In this document: piece after piece, positions 23,838 through 37,777 of the stretch
How positions within the stretch are numbered: the stretch's first letter is position 1
Layout: every line of letters begins with the position of its first letter
Assembly (NCBI GenBank): GCA_001724265.1
Contig: MEDY01000126.1
Location: 1 to 64,000 of the forward strand
Direction of reading: 5' to 3'
Length of the DNA: 64,000 nt
Source of the DNA: Rhizaria sp. SCN 62-66
Taxonomy: Eukaryota
The notes under the pieces: generated by a model
Seen by the model: only the letters and a program-made list of their open reading frames with translations
Told to the model about the DNA's origin: nothing
Database searches by the model: none
Translations under genes and position numbers: made by a program

Positions 23838-25202
23838 ATAAGACACGCTCTCCAATGATATTCAAAGGATATATCGCCCCATTACCCATCCATTCATCCA
23901 ACAGCAACAGCGACGCATTTGAGTGCCACACAAAGCAACGGACGGAAAGTAACTGATGTCTGCTTCGTCACGTCAGTCAGCATTGTTGTTGGACGCCTCG
24001 GTTGTATCTTGTCCACGCTCTAACTCCCTTAACGGGTGTCTGTTCTATTTCTCTCTCGCGCGCTCTTTGTGCCGCTCTATCGGCGCGATGATCTGTGTGA
24101 GAGACAGGACGGAGCTACACACAATCGCACAAGCAAACGCATCGAGTAGCACACAAACTCATCAGCGCTCTTGTGCTTTGGTGCGATGGGATCAAAGATA
24201 TGGGCAGGCTGTTTAGAATGGATATATCGATCAAGAAAGAGCAGGGGTGCTTTGTTTGTTTGCCGTTTAGAGTGAAGAACGCATCGTACACGAGTTAGTT
24301 AGACGTAGCTTCGCACACACACCAACATTTTACACACACTCGTCCCGCGGGGAGCAAGACCCGCGCGGATTGCACTATATTACGTTAGAATAAAACATTC
24401 ATAATTATAACCCGCTCCGCCTCCTTCGATTATACATGTATTTATTGCTCGTATCGTCTTTGTCACGGCATTTGAACGAGAATTTGGCCCAATTCACGAG
24501 CTGCACTGCTCAAGTCGGTCCAAGACCCTCCTCTCCTTTACGGCGGTTTGCTGCGGAAAGCATTGAGCGGGTTGGCACGCTGCGTATAGCGCGGATAAGA
24601 AAGCCAGCATATTAACATGTGATTGAAGGTTTTATTTACCAATTGGTTTAATTAGGGCCCTTGAATCGCCGGTCTTGGCTCGCTTTGCGCTCGTTGTGAT
24701 GGTGTACAATAGCACTCGATGCTGGTCGCAGTCGTCGCTGCATACCTCGCACTCTCGTGCCCCGAGTTCACTTCTGCACACTTATTGTCATTTCTGCTTG
24801 GCAACACAACCTCTTGTTCCACTTATTTCTCTCTCGTATGTTTTCGCTGCACTCTGTTGTTGCCTCACAAATCACTTCCCACCACCGCTCTTCCACCACT
24901 TCTGAAATACCGGGTTGCTACAGCCCAACTTTGAACTCCAGAACATTCTCCTAGTTTCTGGCTCAACAGTTGTCATTCTCTCTTTCTATTTCCGAGTGCG
25001 CGCTCTCGTCTCTCGCCCGCCGGCGGCCTAAGGCGCATCCCCAGCCTCAGCCCCAGCCTCAGTTTCTCACGCGAGTGCGTTTCTCGCGAACGTTTTCTTC
25101 CCGTTTTCGCTTTCCCTTCTCTGTACCTCGCCACAGCAACTGCTCGACCGGGCGTCGCACCATCAGCAGCCACAGCAGCAGCAGTCTCCGTAACTCTTGC
25201 TC

Positions 25203-26501
25203 ATGTACGGCACAGCCACTGCGGGAGGCGCCAGCGTCGTCTCCCCGGGCCGTGGCAGCGGCCGCAGCGGCGGCGGCGGCGGTGGCGGCGGCGGCGGTGG
25301 CACCGGAGGCACGAGCCGCCAGCCGCGCCGCGCCCCGCTGAACACCGCTGCCACGGTCGGCACAGGCACGGCCGCGACCACGCCCTCTGCCTCGGCGGGC
25401 GCGCGCAGCCCCCCTGGCACTGGCGCGGGCTCCCCGGCCCTCAGCTCGAACTCTGGCGGGGCGCCTGGGTCAGCCACCGCGGCGGGTTCAGTCACCAACA
25501 GCTCGCTCGCAGGCTCCGTTCTTGCTGGCGCTGGCGCTGGCGTTGGGACGACGCCTGCAAACCCGTTCCTGGCTAGTTTGTCAACCTCCGGCCGGTCACG
25601 CGGCCCCAGCGGTTCGTCGCCTCTCAACCCCAGTCAAAATCACGGCGGTCACCCGAGCCAGCAGCAGAACACCGGCAGCACTGGCGGCGGGGGCGCGTCG
25701 CCGCCCCCGGTTGGGCTCGTGCCCGCCCCCGCCCGCGGCCAGCTGAACCCGGGACCCAGGCTGTCGGTCTCGCAGCCGCAGCCGCCGCCGGCCGCCACTG
25801 CCGCAGTCGCCGCCGCTGTGGCCGCCGCCGCCGCCGCTGCGGAGACCGCGGGACACCCGAAGCTTGAGTATCGAGGCTCTCTTGATTCGTCCTCGTCGTC
25901 AGAGTCGTATTCGTCGCATACATCGTCATTTGCTCAGTCTCTGGCGTCGCTGCCGATGCCGAACGTCGCCCCCTCAGTCGCGGCGTCGATGGCCGGCACG
26001 TCTGTGTACGGGGAGACGGCGGCGGCGAACCCGCACTTGCACGGCGTCCACGCGAGCAGCGGGGACAGTGCCAGCGGCTCGGGCGTCAGCGCGGGCGGGA
26101 GCTACTACCCGCGCGGCGGCTACAGCAGCTACGGCCTGCTGAGCAACGGGCACTCGGCAGGGCACGGGGTGGGCCAATACGCCAGCGCGTATGCATCATA
26201 CGTCGCTGCGACCAATGCCGCCAATGCAGCGGCTCAGCAACAACTACAGCAACAGCAGCAGCAACAGTTGCAGCAACAGCAAATGCAGCAACAACAAATG
26301 CAACAACAAATGCAACAGCAGCAGACGATGATTCAGTCGGTCGCGCAGCGCAATGGCAATGTTGATGCGATCTCCGGTAATAACGGGCGTGTGTACTACA
26401 ACAACACGGCGTACAGCAGCACTCCTGCCTCGGCACCTGTGGCTCAGCAGTACTACTACAACGATAACGGCACCCATGTGTACCATGAAGGCTCCGAAGA
26501 T

Positions 26502-26532
<31 letters not shown>

Positions 26533-29500
26533 CTTCCACCGCTGCTGCTGCTGCTGCAGCAGCTGCTGCTGCGACGGCGAATGCCTCTGCTACCGCGATT
26601 ACTACCGGATATGTGACTGCGGGTGCATCTGGAAGAACGACAACTCCAACAAACGCAGCCGCCGCACAACAGTCCCAGGCGCATGCAATGGCGCAGGCAA
26701 TGGCGCTGAACGTGACTGCGTCGTCTGGAGTGACCCCGCGCACGGCGCACAGCAGCAACAGCAATGGCAACAGCAGTAACCCGTACGCCGCTACAGCCAC
26801 TGCGGCGACCGCGAGTGCGTCCTCCGTGAATCACTCGGTCGGCTCGCCGTCGCAACAACCGCAACAGCAGCAACAGCACAGTAACACGGCTGCCAATAGC
26901 TTTGTGAATGCCAACATCAACAGCCTTAGTACTAGCAACCCGAACGCGTCGATTGCCGCCACGGGCTCGGCCGCGGGGTCAGTGCCCGCCACCGCCGCGG
27001 CCAGCGCCGCCGCCAGCGGGGCGTCCACCCCCAACCCCACCCCCAACCGCGGCAGCGGCAACAACAGCAGCAACAACAACACTCTGCTCGTCAACGCGAG
27101 CACGAGCAGCAACGCCATCAGCAGCAACAACAACAGCGCTGCGCTGAACTACAGTAGCGGCAGCACTCCGCCCATCCACCAACCGCTCTCGCACAGCGCA
27201 GTGCACGGCAATCCCGCGGCGGCGCTGCTCGTGGCCACCAGCAGCAGCGGCGTCCCCACGCCCGTGCCGGCGACCGCGAACCCCACTCCGCGTTACGCCG
27301 GCGGCGCACATGGTAACGCGGCGGGGGCAGCGGCGACGTCAACCGCTGCCGCCACCGCCGCTGCTGCTGCCTCCGCGGCTGTTTCAGCGGCGGGTGTGGG
27401 TGGTAACGCTACTATGGGCGGGGCGGGGGGTGCGAGTCTGACCGGTGTGAACCTCGCGGCCGGCGGTCCCCGGTCGCGCGCGGGCTCCGCGGTATCACAC
27501 TCCCACTCGGCGCACTACTACGCGACGATGAACGCCAACAACAACGGTCTCGCGCAACAGCTCTACCAACAACAGCAGCAGCTTCCGCAGCAGCACCAGT
27601 TGCCGCCTATGTCCGGCGGCGGCTCAGCCAACCCCAGTCCTGGCTCGAGCAGCGTGGTTGAGTCAGCGGCCGAACGCTACCGCCGTGTCCTCGCGAATGG
27701 GTTTGTCAAGGGCGGGTTCAGTCAGGCTGAGGCAGATGCGGCGGCCGCGGCGTCCCCGGCCCCCGGCCGCAGCGGCATGACGCCGACCCCGAGCACCTCC
27801 GCCGCCGCCGCCGCCGGCCCCCCCGGTCTGGGCTCAGACTCGGGCTCGGTCGGCGGCGGGGCCAGTCTGACCCCGAGCCAGATCCTCGCCGCTCAGGGCC
27901 ACGGCCACATGGTGTCGCTAAACGCGGGCGGGCGCTGGACCCCCACGCCGGGCCACAACGGCAACAACACACATAGTGCGAATGTGGCAGTGGCAGTGGG
28001 GACGCCGGCGGGTAGCCCGTCGCAGCGGTATCGCGCGACCAGCAACGCCACCACGGTCGCGACTGCCGTCGTCACCGCAGCCGGCGGCCCCGCCGCAACA
28101 GCAGCGGCGGCAGCGGCGGCGGCCTCGGCGACGGCAGCGAGTGCGAGTGCGAGAACGAGTTTGCCGGCGACCGTAGTCGTGACGTCTGCGACGCCTCCAA
28201 CGACGGGCTCTCGCGCCAACAACGTGGGTGCGACCAACGCGAGCGGGACGAGTGTGAACGGTGTTGGTGCTGTGGGCTCCACCGGCAGTCAAAAGCGGCT
28301 GAACCCTGGTCTCAACCCCGATATTGACCTGGAGAAAGTTCCGGAGATCTCACCGTTGATTCCTCACGTCTCGTTTGGCACCAAGGCACCGGGCAGCAAC
28401 AAAGACATGAACGCAACCGCGAGCAGTAACTCAGCTGCTCCTGCTGCTGCTGGTGCGAATGGGGGTCCGAGTGCGGGCGTGAATGGCGGTGGCACTGCGA
28501 TCGTGCGCGAGATGGGGCGGCCGCCGTCGCCGCAAGACCGTGCTCTGTCCGTCGAAGTAATGGCAGGGCAGTTGAAGACTCTGCACTCGAACTTGCACGC
28601 ACATAACGGCAATGGCGCGCGTAAGAGCCCACGGAACTCCAACTCTGACGCTGCCGCCGCTGCTGCTGCTTCGGCCGCTGTTGAGAGTAAAAACAACAGC
28701 AATGATGCGAATCGTGGCAACAATAGCTTAGTGATTCCTGCTCCGGTCAACACTGGCATCGGACTGCAACAAAGCAGCGTCGAAAGCAGTGCCACCAGTG
28801 GTGTCAGTGGCGGCAGCGGCCGTGGCGGCGGCGGCAGCAACTCGTTTGAGATGACTCCTGTGCCGTCTGCGCCCCATACGCAGGCTGACAACCCCCATCA
28901 GTACCCTCATACGCTTAACAACAACGGTAATCAGACCGATAACAAGTCGACGGCGAACCGCGAGGCGGCCGCCGCGACTGCGACCCAACAGGCGCAGCCC
29001 AAAAGACCTAGCATCACTCTCAGTCTTGGTATGGGTCTCACTGGCCTCGGCAACAACACCGCTACCGCCGCCGTTGGTCCCAGCCCCAAGGCTGCTGCCC
29101 ACGGTCACTCTGCTTACGGTCACTCGGCCTATGGCGGACTCGAGTCGATGGGGATGGCCAGTGACCCCAACGCCATGACTCTGCTGGCTGCTCATGGGCA
29201 CGCTGACCTCGGCCTGACCGCCTCCGCTGCTGTCGGCGGCGGTAGCGGCGGACTGGCTGTTGGCGCCACCGCTGCTGCTGGTGGTGGCTATGGCGGTCGC
29301 CTGTCCCTGCCTGCTCTAGTCGAGGACGGACGCTCGGAGCACTTCGAGCGCGCACGCTACGACAACAACAACAACAGCATTGCGCAGATTGCACTCAACA
29401 ACAGCATTAGCTCCATCGCGCGCACGAACTCCAACTCCATCCCTCCGGTCGCTCCCGCCGCGAATGTAAACGCTGTTCCTTCTGGTCGGCCGCCGTCCTC

Positions 29501-32500
29501 GGGCCCCGGGGGGCTCCCACCTCTGAGCGGCATTGCCGTGGCCGCGGGCGTCCCTGCCGTTGCGCTGTCGCCGTCGCCGTCGCTGCCCAACATGATCGCA
29601 GGCTCTTCTTCTCATGCAACCGCTGTTTCTGCGGCTGCGGCTGCTGTAGTGCTCGCCCCCCCGACTGTGACGGCTATTGTGACCGCGGCCCCCGTGTCCG
29701 TGGGTGTCTCTCCCAACGTCACTCGCAAGCTCAAGAGCAAGGCGAGCGTGCGCAACGGGAACGACATCGACGACGCCGACGCCGACGATGACGCCGACAC
29801 AGGCAGCAGCAGTGAGAGCGAGAGTGAGATCACCAGCGGCAGTGACAATGCGCTCGCACAGTCCTCGACTCTGAATACGACGATCGACGTGAGTGGCGCC
29901 GAAGCTAAGCCGCGCGGTGCGGTCGCTCCTTCTATAGTCCGTCTCCCGTCTAGTGGAGGCATGCTCACTGGAGCTGGAGCTGTGACGGTGACGTCTCCGC
30001 CTTTGCTAGTGTCGCACCCGTCAACGTCCTCTGGTATCGCCGCCGGCCCTTCCGCCTCGGCGTCGCCGTCGCTGTCGTCGCAGCTGTCGCACACGCACTC
30101 GCTGACGCAGTTGCCCTCGCAGCAACAGCAGGCGCTTGTGCAGCAGTCGCCCTCTCTGCAGCTCACTCACGGGGGGTCTGACCATGGCAACACCCGCAAT
30201 CCACTCAACACTGGCGCTGGCACTGGCACTAGCGGTGGGATTGGCGGTGGGAAACCGCCTCTGGTGACCGCTGCGCCGACCATCTCAGCCGTTCCGTCGA
30301 TTTCCTCCGTTCCCCAAGGCAGCGGCGGCAACGGCGTGATCAGCTTCAGCGACGCCAACTCCAGCAGCACCTACAGCAGCCCCTCAGACAGTATCAACAG
30401 CACTGGCACCGGTTTGATCCGCGTGCGGTCGCCGTCATACGTCCGCGGCGCCGGCGCCTTAGAAGCGCACCGGCGACAGCTCGCCAAAAAAGCCGCCGTG
30501 GCGGCCGCGGCCGGCCTGGCGCTTAGCGCTGAGGATCTGACTGAAGTCGACCGTTTGTTTGGCGGCGCGACCGCGAGTTCCATCACAGGGACCCCGACGG
30601 GTACTGTGAAGACGATCACGGGTACCGGCACGCACAACGCGGCGACTGTGAGCACGATGCAGGGTGGCGCGCTTAACTCAGGCCGCACGCCCGTGGCTGG
30701 TGGTATGAGCGGCGTCAAATCGCCGTCGCTGCCGCCGCTTGCGCCCTCAGTCGCCACTGCGAACGCCAATAACAATAACGGCAGCGGCACGCCCGTCGGC
30801 CCCGCAGCCGCGACGGCGACAACGGCGGCTGCTAGCGCAACTGCGATTGCGGGCGCGGGCCACCACAGCGGTCGACTGCCTGCGACGACAACCACCGCGC
30901 TCGCCGCCGCTCTGCAGCAGCGCGCGCTGTCTCCCCGCAGCGACAACAGCGGCGGCGGCGTTGTCGTCGAGGTCAAGATGCCGTCGCCGCACAGGATCCC
31001 AATGCATCACTACGGTCCCATCCCTGCCTCTGGCTCCACCCAGGTCAACACCGTCGACGGCAAGACCGGCGCAGTCGGTGGCGTCAGTAAGTCACCCACT
31101 GTCGACCTCTTCGCGGCCCACGACGCCGCCGGAAACGGGAATCTCCTGTCCATCGCCTCAGCAGCGGCCGGCGGCGGCAGCGGTGCTGGCACGGGTGCTG
31201 CGAGCGGCAGCGCGAACCGTAACTCTGCTGACGCCAGCGCGCGCGGTCCTTTGACTCTGGCCGCGACACTTGCTGCGCTGGAGCCGATGTCCCCCATGGG
31301 TTCCCCGGCGCCTGGGCAGAAGCCGCGGCTCACGGTCACGGGCTCCAATAACAGCACCCTCAACGGTCCCCATAATACCAGTGCCAACGGCTTCGCGCCG
31401 GTTGGCAACGACACGAGCGACTGGAGCTTCAACAACAACAACAACAACAATAGCGCTGTCAACAGCTACGAGAGCAACGACGTTGAATCCGCTGCTACTG
31501 CTGCTGCTGCGGAGCATCATGAGGAGAACCACCTTGGTTTGACTCTGTCCACCGCCGCGCCCCCAGTCATGGCAGCGTCGCCCACAGTGCTCTCCTCTCC
31601 GATCGAAGTCGTGCCGTATACGCGCCACATGACGTCCGAAGCGCTGTTATTGGCGAAACAGGCGTCTGTGCGCAAGCAGCGTCGCGAGGCTGCCGCAGCC
31701 GCCAAGGCCGCCGGTTTGACTCCCATCACCGGCGCCACCCCGCCGCTCACTGGCGAGGAAACGCCTGCGCCTGCGCCGGCAAACGCTCTCACTCACAATC
31801 CTGCTGTTGCAGCCTCTGCTTCTGCCGCTGCTGTTAGCAACACGCATGTTCCCGTGATGAATTCCAGCAGCGGGAGCGCGAATGCCAGTCTCGGCGGCTT
31901 CGGCGGCGGCGCCGCCGCGAGCGGTGAGTGGACTGCCCCCGGCTCCGGCTCCCGCGCTATGTCGGTCTCGGCTGACTCTGCCTCTGTGGTCGCCACACCT
32001 CCCGTCACTGCTGCTGTTGCTGTGAATACAACAAGCGCTGTCACCGTGGTGCCTGGCCCCTCCGCCCAGTCCCAGAGCCAGAGTCAGAGTCTAGCCCGTG
32101 CCAATGCGGCCCCGCCCGTGTCTGTTCCTCTGCTGCGGCTCGAAAACAGCAGCGGCCAGCCCGCCGCCAACGCCAACGCCGCGAATCCTGCCGCAAACGC
32201 GCCCGGTACCGTGGGCGTGAACAACGGTGCTCCTGCTGCTGTCGGCGGTGCGAGTAGTGGCGATAACCTGCCGTCTAGTTCGACTGCCAATAGCGTCACA
32301 GACGGTTCGCTCATCAGCCCCGCGACACACGGTGCCAGGACTCCTGCGGGCTCCAGCTACAACATCAATAACAACAACAGCGGTAACAATAACAATGGTC
32401 ACCCAACTGCCAACAACGCTGTTAACACTGATAGCGCTGTGCACGGGATGGGGCTTGCTGTCCCTGGCGCTGGTACTGGCGCGGGCGCGGGTGTTGGCCC

Positions 32501-35500
32501 TAGCTCTGGCTCTGGCACGGGCATCGGTAGAGACGATACGTTCCTGATGAACAACAGTAACATGACCAGCGACACGACCACCGCGGCTGCAAGAGGCGGC
32601 AGAGGTGGCCGCAACGACGTCGGGGGCGCCAACGCTGCGGCGACCGCATTGTTAGCAGATCCCGTGCTGTTGGCCAACCCGCTGGCGTTGCTCATGGGCG
32701 GCGTGTCGTCAACGCCCCCGCTCTCGGCCTCGCCGCTCAAACAGCCTGGCAACGCTGCCGCGAGCAACCCTAACAATAACAACAGCGTTGCGCTTCAGCC
32801 CTTCACCGCCTCAACAGCCGCTGCAAACAGCAGCAACCACAATAACAGCAGCAGCAACAAAGTCCCCTCGATTAACACCAACGCCGCTCACGTCACCGCA
32901 AACGCGGGTGTGGCTGCGAACGCCGGTGTCGGTATTGTAACGGGGTGTGGTAATGTCAGTGCCAATGCCAGCGCCCGTGTGGCGCCACTGTCAGGCCCGC
33001 TGCCGCTGTCCGGACCGATGTTGCTCTCAGGGTCGCAGGGGCTGGCGTCGCCCGCCGGGTCTGACCCGATGAACGACGCGGACACCGTGGTCGCGGTCGG
33101 CAGCCCGAACTCGTACCCGCACCCGCGGTCGTCGTACTTCTCGCCGCCGCTGCCTCTCTTAGCTGCCAACAACAATCCCGGTAATGCCCACGCAAACGCC
33201 AACGCTAGCGCTCCTGTCGCTACTGCTCCTGCCGCTACTGCTCCTGCTGCTCCTGCTGCTGCTGCTGCTGCTGCTGCTCCTTTTGTTGTCAACACTGCTG
33301 CTGCGGCTGATAACGCCACGGCCACTGCTAATCCTGCTGCGAATCCCACTAACAACGCGAGCGGCAATGCTAAGAGAACGAGCGGCACAGGCGGCGGCGG
33401 CAGCGGGCTCGGCGCTTTGCACTCGCAACTCGCCATCAAGCGCGCCGCCGCCACCGGCGCCACTCAGCCCCCGCAGCTGATCCACCAGACTCTCTCCCCG
33501 GCCACGACCGAGTCCGCCAGCTCGAGCTCGAGCAGCAGCTACAGCGGCACGGCGGCTGCGAGCATCGGCGCGATGGGCAGCCCCTTGATTGGAGCGGCCG
33601 ACGGGGGCGGGGACATCATCCTCTCGCCGGGAAACACTGCGCGCCAGGGTCACGGTCACGGCCCGCTTACCGTCGGCGACGGCGGCCACCACCACGCCTC
33701 CGCCGCCGCCGCCGCTGGCGATGCTGCGCGCTCGGGCTCCGCGGCGGCGGCAGGTGCTGCTGCTGCTGGAGGTAACAGTAGTGCCGCGGCCGCGAGCAGA
33801 GGGGTCGTCGCGCACTCGGTGCTAGCCGCGGCGATCGCGCGCGCGGACGCTGCCACGGCCGCGGCGGCGGTGGCCGCGGCTACGACGGCCGCGGCGATGG
33901 CCAACGAGCCCGCCGCTGCCGCCGCCGCCGCTGCCGCCGCCGCTGATGTCGGCAGCAAGGGGAAAGTTCTCACGCCATCGTCCCCCACCCCGCGCCGCCT
34001 CATGGCCTCGGCGAAGCAGAAGAGAAACGCGCACAACAACACCGCTAACAACGGCGGCGGCGGGAGTGGGCTCAACAGCGCTAGCAGCGGGAGTCCCCAG
34101 AGCAGCGGCCGCGGCGCGCGCGAGGTCCGTGGCCGCGACGCGATGCGGCGCCGCGTCGGCACGTTCGCCAGCCATAACGGCCTCGCCAACACAAACGCGA
34201 ACAACAGCACGCACGCCAACGTGAGCAACATCATGAAGGCCGCCAACGGCTCCACTGCGGGCGCCACGCTCTCTAACAACGGCAACGGCAACGGAAATGC
34301 GGCGAAAGGCGTCAGCACGATGCCGGTGCCCAACGGCGGCTGGTTGGGCGCCCCTGGTCAACTCCCCGCAAGCCTCAGCATGGGCAACGTCAGCGGCGTC
34401 GCCGATTCCTCGACATTTTCCCCCGCGCACACGACGCACGGGCTCGGCGTCAGCAGCGGCGGCACCACTGTCGGCGGCGGTGGCGACGGGAAACGCCGCC
34501 ACAGCCGCCGCCGCAGCGGTAAACGCGACGGCAACAACGGCGGCGGCGACAACGCCAAGACGCTGCCGGGTGTGACCGGGGACAGCAGCAGCAGCGGCGG
34601 CAGCGGCAGCGACGACGGCAGCAGAGGCAGCGACAGCGACAGCGACCTGGACAGCGACATGACCAGCCCCAGCGTCGCCGCCGCGCGCCGCCAACAAGCG
34701 TATGGGCTCAACCCGCATGTTGCCAGCAGTCAATACTCCGGCAACTCGTCCGCGCCCAAGGACGCGCGCGCCAACGCCCGGGCCGCGGCCGCCGCGGCCG
34801 CGGAGGCGGAGGCAGAGGCGGAGGCGGAGCGGCTTGAAGAGGGCGATACGATGCCCACGTCGCCGATGTTCGTGCCGCTGCCGTCCTCCGCGGCAGCCGC
34901 GCACGCGCACGCCGCGCACGGCGCCGCACAGTCGCTGGCCACCACTGCGGGCACCGCCCCGCTCGGTCTAGGCGGGCTCAGCGGACTCGGCGCAGTGAGT
35001 GCGACTGACCCGTTGACTGCCACGATCATCCTGAATAACAACACCGCTGCGCTGGCCGCGGCGAATGCGAGCCTCGCAGACCATGCCAACAGCAATAACA
35101 ACAGCAATAACAATAGCACTAGCGATTTTAACACCAACAATCACGGAATTAACAATAACAACACCAACAACAACTTACTCCGTCGCGCAAGCGCTGGCAG
35201 TGGCAGCGCCAACGGTGACAGTGCCAGCGCCAGCGCCAGCGGCAGCGCGAGCGGAGGTTACGCCGCGCTTGGCCGTGACGCCTCCGCGAGCCCCGCCGCC
35301 GCAGAGCACAGCAACGGCAGCGGGTCCAGTCTCTCCGCCGCCGCAGTGGTTACGCCAGTCGCTAGTACCTCAGCGGGGACACTCACGGGTACCAACGGCA
35401 CCGGCACTGGCAGTGCGAACATGACCGCGCGTCCCACAACACCCCTGACTCCGGGTTCGCGCTACTTGGCGCAGCAGACGCCGCTGTCAAACGCGGCTGC

Positions 35501-37138
35501 GCTGATGATGTACACGCTTGCACGCCGGCCGTCTCCGCCCACCATCGGCGGCGCCGCCGGGATGACCCCGCGCGGCATCAACAGCAGCGGCACCAACGGC
35601 GGTGTGAACGGCAACGGCGGGCTGTATATGACGCCGCGGCGCACGGCCACGCCCAATAGCGCGCGCGCCGGTGCCGGGGCGACGGGCGCGATCATCTGCG
35701 GCGGCGGCGGCAGCGGCGGCAGCGGCGCTGGCACTATTGTTGGTGTCGGTCCCAACGCCACTGGCACTGGCATTAGCTCTGGAACCGGGACGCCGAAGAT
35801 GCGGTTGACACCGTCTCCGGCGGCGCCCCGTGTGCTCGCCCCCTCTAGAACTGCCAACGCCGATATTAACAGCAAGGGCAAGGGCGAGAATAAGCACAAG
35901 AGTGCGACCGATGCCAAGAACGGCAAGGGCGACGAGAGCAGCAGCGGCGGCAGCGGCGATGAGCTCGACGACGACGACGACGACGACGACGGCGACAACG
36001 ACAAGCAGGACGGAAGCATGAAATCCGCCGTCGCCGCTGCCGCCGCCGCCGCCGCTGTTGGTGCCGCCGTTGACGCTGCTCCGGCGCCTTCCGTCACAGG
36101 CCTCAGCACAACTCCCCGCTTCGCCGCCGCCGCCGCCGCCGCTGCCACCCCTGGTTTGGATGGCAATGCTGGTGGGACGGCGCCGGTATCGCTCTCCGCG
36201 GCCCGCCAGCGCATGTTGCACGCCAACCCGGCCGGCTCGTCGACGAACCTTACCGGCGCGGCCGTCGCCATGCTGCGCGCCACGACCACGGCGGCCGCCG
36301 CGGCGACCGTGGCCACCCCCAGCGTCACCGGCGGGTCCAGCGCGAACAGCACGATGACGGACTCGGAGGCGTCGTACGCCAAACCCACAGTGGCAGTCAC
36401 CGCCGCCGGGGCCGGCGGTGCCGCCTCGTCCTCAGTTGCGGATGCGAACGCGAGAACTGGCGATTATGCGAATGAGATTGATGCGGCGATCGCGTCCGTC
36501 GCCGCGGCTGCTGCGGCCGCGCCCTCGGTCACGACGATTAACAACGCCGCCGCCAAGCGTGTCAACACTCCCCACGGCGCTGGCGCTGGCGCTGGCAGCA
36601 GCGGCTACACTGGCGCGGCCGGGACTAGTAGCGCGCTTGCAGCGGCTGGCGCGGCCTCACTCGCCTCCGCTGACAGCATTGCTTCTGCGGCTGCTGCGAC
36701 CGCAAAGACGGCCCCGGCGCATGCGCTGTCCAACACGAGTGCCGCGTCCACAACGGTCTCGAGCACTGTATCATCCGCCGCGACCGCCGCCGCCTCACTC
36801 GCATCATCGTCGTCATTGTCGGCGGCGTCAGCGCAGCAGTCCTCGGTCATGGTCGCCCCCGTGGCCACGCGTCTCGCGTCCGTCCTCGTCCCCTCGATGT
36901 CGTCGTCGTCGCTTGCGTCTTCTGGCTCGGGCTCGGGCGCCGGCGTCGGCGTCGGCCTCTCGGTCAACCCCAGCACCAGTGTCGTGAGCTCAGGCGTGAT
37001 CTCTGGCGCTGGCGTCGTCGGCGCTTTGTCTGTAACCAATGCCGCGCACAACAACAACACCACCACGAACGCTGCCAACGCGGCCGCGCCTGTGCTCTCG
37101 ACAACGGCGGCGACTGCTGCTGCTACCGGTGGCAATGG

Positions 37139-37174
<36 letters not shown>

Positions 37175-37614
37175 CAATGTGAATCGCCTCGTGAAGCTGG
37201 GGAGCAGCTTAGGCATCAGTGTGGATACCAACTTGGCAAACCTCTCCACCCCGACCGGCACTGGCACCGGGACTACCGCCACCACCAACAACGGCAGCGG
37301 CAACGGCAATGGTCATGGCAATGGCAATAGCAACGGCAACGCCGCTGGCAATGGCTCCCCGCCGGCCACTGGCGGCAACGGCGCTCTCGAGGAGACCCGC
37401 GACCGTCTCCAACGGCTCGCGTTAGAGGAGCCCACATCGTCGCCGCCGCCCGAGCTCGCTCTGCCCACGCGTGTGTTCTCGCAGAGGGATCTGCGCACGC
37501 CGCTGACGACGCCGCTGAAGCAGAGCTCGGTGGCCAACTTGAACGCGGGGAATCCCACCGGTTTCAGCTTGAACAACAACGCCAGCCATGGCAATGGCAA
37601 TGGAACCACGAGCG

Positions 37615-37650
<36 letters not shown>

Positions 37651-37720
37651 GCGGCAAGGCTACGAACGGTGACAACACCGCCGCTAAGCCTGCCGACACA
37701 ACATCGGCGCCTGCTAAACC

Positions 37721-37777
<57 letters not shown>
